Assembly (NCBI GenBank): GCA_002722515.1
Contig: PBMH01000042.1
Coordinates: forward strand, 2,346-66,345
DNA: 64,000 nucleotides
Direction: 5' to 3'
Source: Alphaproteobacteria bacterium
Lineage (GTDB): Bacteria > Pseudomonadota > Alphaproteobacteria > UBA6615
Below the pieces are notes generated by a model. The model saw only the letters and a list, made by a program, of their open reading frames with translations, had not been told where the DNA came from and searched no databases. Made by a program: the position numbers and the translations under genes. This document shows positions 62,078 to 64,000 of the stretch, piece after piece (the stretch's first letter is position 1; every line of letters starts with the position of its first letter).

Positions 62078-63990
62078 TGTCCCCGTTTGTCGGACGCACG
62101 CAACCCGGCAACATTTGCGCCAGGCGCAAGCCTTGCCGGATCACGCTTCAGCGCGGCGGCCATCACATCTCGGGCGATCGGCGCAGCCACGGCGGACCCA
62201 CCACCGCCATGCTCCACCACCACCGAGATCGCATAGCGCGGCTTCTCAACGGGTCCGTATCCGACGAAAAGCGCATGGTCACGGAACCGCCAGGGTAGAT
62301 CCCTGTTCTTGATCACTCCCTCGTCTCGCTCACGTTGGGTAATACGTCGCACCTGCGCGGTTCCCGTCTTACCACCCATCGTCATCCCCGGCGCCTTGAT
62401 CCGCGCCCTGTGGGCCGTGCCAGCCGGGTCCGCCATGACCAGTGTCATCGCGTCCATTATCGCCTTGAGGTTCCGAGAATTAACACCGATATATTCGGGT
62501 TCACCTATTACCCGGACAGTGAGCTTGTCCCGGACCACCAAATCACGCGCCACATGTGGCTGGACGATCTTTCCACCATTGACCATCCGCGCAGTCATGG
62601 TAGCTAGCTGCATGGGCGTTGCGGTGATGAAGCCTTGCCCTATCCCGGCAATGAGCGTCTCACCCAGCATCCAAGGTTGACCGATAACGGCACGTTTCCA
62701 GGCCTTGCTGGGAACCAGTCCGGTCCGCTCGCCGGAGGTATCGAGGTTCAGCTCGTTACCCAAGCCAAAACGTTCGGCCATCTTGGCGATCTTATCAATG
62801 CCGACCCTCCGCGCGAGTTCGTAAAAATACACATCGCAGGATTCGGCGATACCGCGGTTTAGTTCTACGACTCCGTGACCCTTTCGCCGCCAACAATGGA
62901 ACTTCCCGTCGCCCACCTCCAAAAAACCCGGACAGACGTACGTAGTCTTTGGCGTTACAACACCGGCCTCGAGGGCAGCGAGCGCAACAATCATCTTAAA
63001 GGTTGAGCCCGGCGCGTACTCACCGGCCACGGCCTTGTTACGCAGCGGCGCGCGCTCATTGTCGGCCATAGAACGCCATTTCGCCGGACTTAGGTCCTCT
63101 GTGAAGGCGTTGGGATCGAAACTAGGCGTCGAGGCCTGAACAATAATCCCGCCAGTCTCGATGTCCATTAAAACGACCGATCCAGCCTCATCCCCAAGTC
63201 GCTTCATTGCCTCACGCTGGAGGGCCATGTCCACAGTCAAGACTACATCCTGGCCCGGGTCTCCATCTTGACGATCGAGCTCTCGGATTACGCGCCCCAC
63301 CGCGTTGACTTCCAGCTGACTGGTCCCGGCACGGCCGCGCAACGGCAGGTCGAATGCGCGTTCCACCCCGCTGCGTCCAACCTTAAAACCGGGTAGCTCG
63401 AGGACCGGATCGCCGGTAAGATCCTTGGGCAGCGGCACACCCACATATCCGAGGATATGTGCTCCCACCTCGCCATTGGGATAGACGCGCCGTTCACCTA
63501 CATCAATCTCGATACCCGGCAGATCTGGGGTATTAACCTCAAGCTGGGCTACATCTTCCCAATCCAGAAACTCCCGGACCGTAACCGGCACAAATTTGCG
63601 CCGACTGCGAATATCCTTAAGCACACGGGCTTTCTCCTCAGCGCTAATCGGAATGATCAGCGACAGCCGGTCAAGAATCGCCGAAACATCCGGTGCGTTT
63701 TCTGCCTTGAGAAGCACACGGTAATTCTGATGGTTTACGGCGATGGGAACACCGAAACGGTCAAGCACCCTTCCGCGCGAAGGAGCTAGAAGCCGTATAT
63801 TGATACGGTTCTCCTCCGCCAGCATACGATAGCGCTCGGATTCGACCACTTGAAGGTAATACATCCGTCCGACAAGCGCGGTCAGCAGACCAAACTGTCC
63901 AGCGGCTAACAATGCCGCGCGACGACTGAAAGTTCGCTGCCGTTTGTTTTCGCGATTTTTCACGATGGCTGCGCCGAACCGACCAACCAT
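62074..63990 (-). CDS. mrdA: Penicillin-binding protein 2 (elongasome transpeptidase)
   Basis: N-terminal anchor plus MYYLQV...RY dimerisation-domain start. Transpeptidase motifs STFK (PGSTFK), SCD-type and KTGTA. Confidence 0.9.
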   Translation of the reverse strand: MVGRFGAAIVKNRENKRQRTFSRRAALLAAGQFGLLTALVGRMYYLQVVESERYRMLAEENRINIRLLAPSRGRVLDRFGVPIAVNHQNYRVLLKAENAPDVSAILDRLSLIIPISAEEKARVLKDIRSRRKFVPVTVREFLDWEDVAQLEVNTPDLPGIEIDVGERRVYPNGEVGAHILGYVGVPLPKDLTGDPVLELPGFKVGRSGVERAFDLPLRGRAGTSQLEVNAVGRVIRELDRQDGDPGQDVVLTVDMALQREAMKRLGDEAGSVVLMDIETGGIIVQASTPSFDPNAFTEDLSPAKWRSMADNERAPLRNKAVAGEYAPGSTFKMIVALAALEAGVVTPKTTYVCPGFLEVGDGKFHCWRRKGHGVVELNRGIAESCDVYFYELARRVGIDKIAKMAERFGLGNELNLDTSGERTGLVPSKAWKRAVIGQPWMLGETLIAGIGQGFITATPMQLATMTARMVNGGKIVQPHVARDLVVRDKLTVRVIGEPEYIGVNSRNLKAIMDAMTLVMADPAGTAHRARIKAPGMTMGGKTGTAQVRRITQRERDEGVIKNRDLPWRFRDHALFVGYGPVEKPRYAISVVVEHGGGGSAVAAPIARDVMAAALKRDPARLAPGANVAGLRASDKRGQ

Positions 63991-64000
63991 CTCTGGCTCT

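Overview
This is a visibly GC-rich, gene-dense chromosomal segment with about 60 CDS and one tRNA. It looks alphaproteobacterial: it has a DUF81 plus TIGR02186/Alph_Pro_TM gene pair, and a core mrdA-rodA-tRNA-Lys block at the right edge. Nearly everything else is small-molecule catabolism. This includes CoA ligases, acyl-CoA dehydrogenases, crotonases, SDRs, alpha/beta hydrolases, HyuA/HyuB, a TRAP transporter, an MFS and a BenE transporter, plus an aromatic-type patch with an MhpA-like monooxygenase, FAH, MhpD-like hydratase, cupin, VOC and 2OG oxygenase. I found no CRISPR array, rRNA, transposase, integrase or phage gene, and no recognisable transcription factor in 64 kb.

Headline observation: five tandem, co-oriented, tightly spaced paralogues of a roughly 590-aa cytoplasmic CocE/NonD (peptidase S15) serine hydrolase occupy 48413-57459. 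All five keep the GISYY nucleophile elbow. I do not know of a described system arranged this way.

Other points worth follow-up:
- An SDR, ACAD10/11-like dehydrogenase and phosphotransferase trio resembles the Lva / 4-hydroxyacyl-CoA module.
- A sulfur-trafficking and export cluster combines mtnA, TusA, rhodanese, TauE, TIGR02186, a USP-like protein and YeiH.
- A roughly 1.2-kb low-GC cassette carries yeiH and has rewritten the 3' end of an orphan MlaF-like ABC ATPase.
- A roughly 180-bp island at 19998-20181 is extremely AT-rich.
- Several perfect palindromes in divergent promoter regions may be operators for regulators encoded elsewhere.

All family calls rest on by-eye motif recognition in the supplied translations. 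No searches or computations were run.
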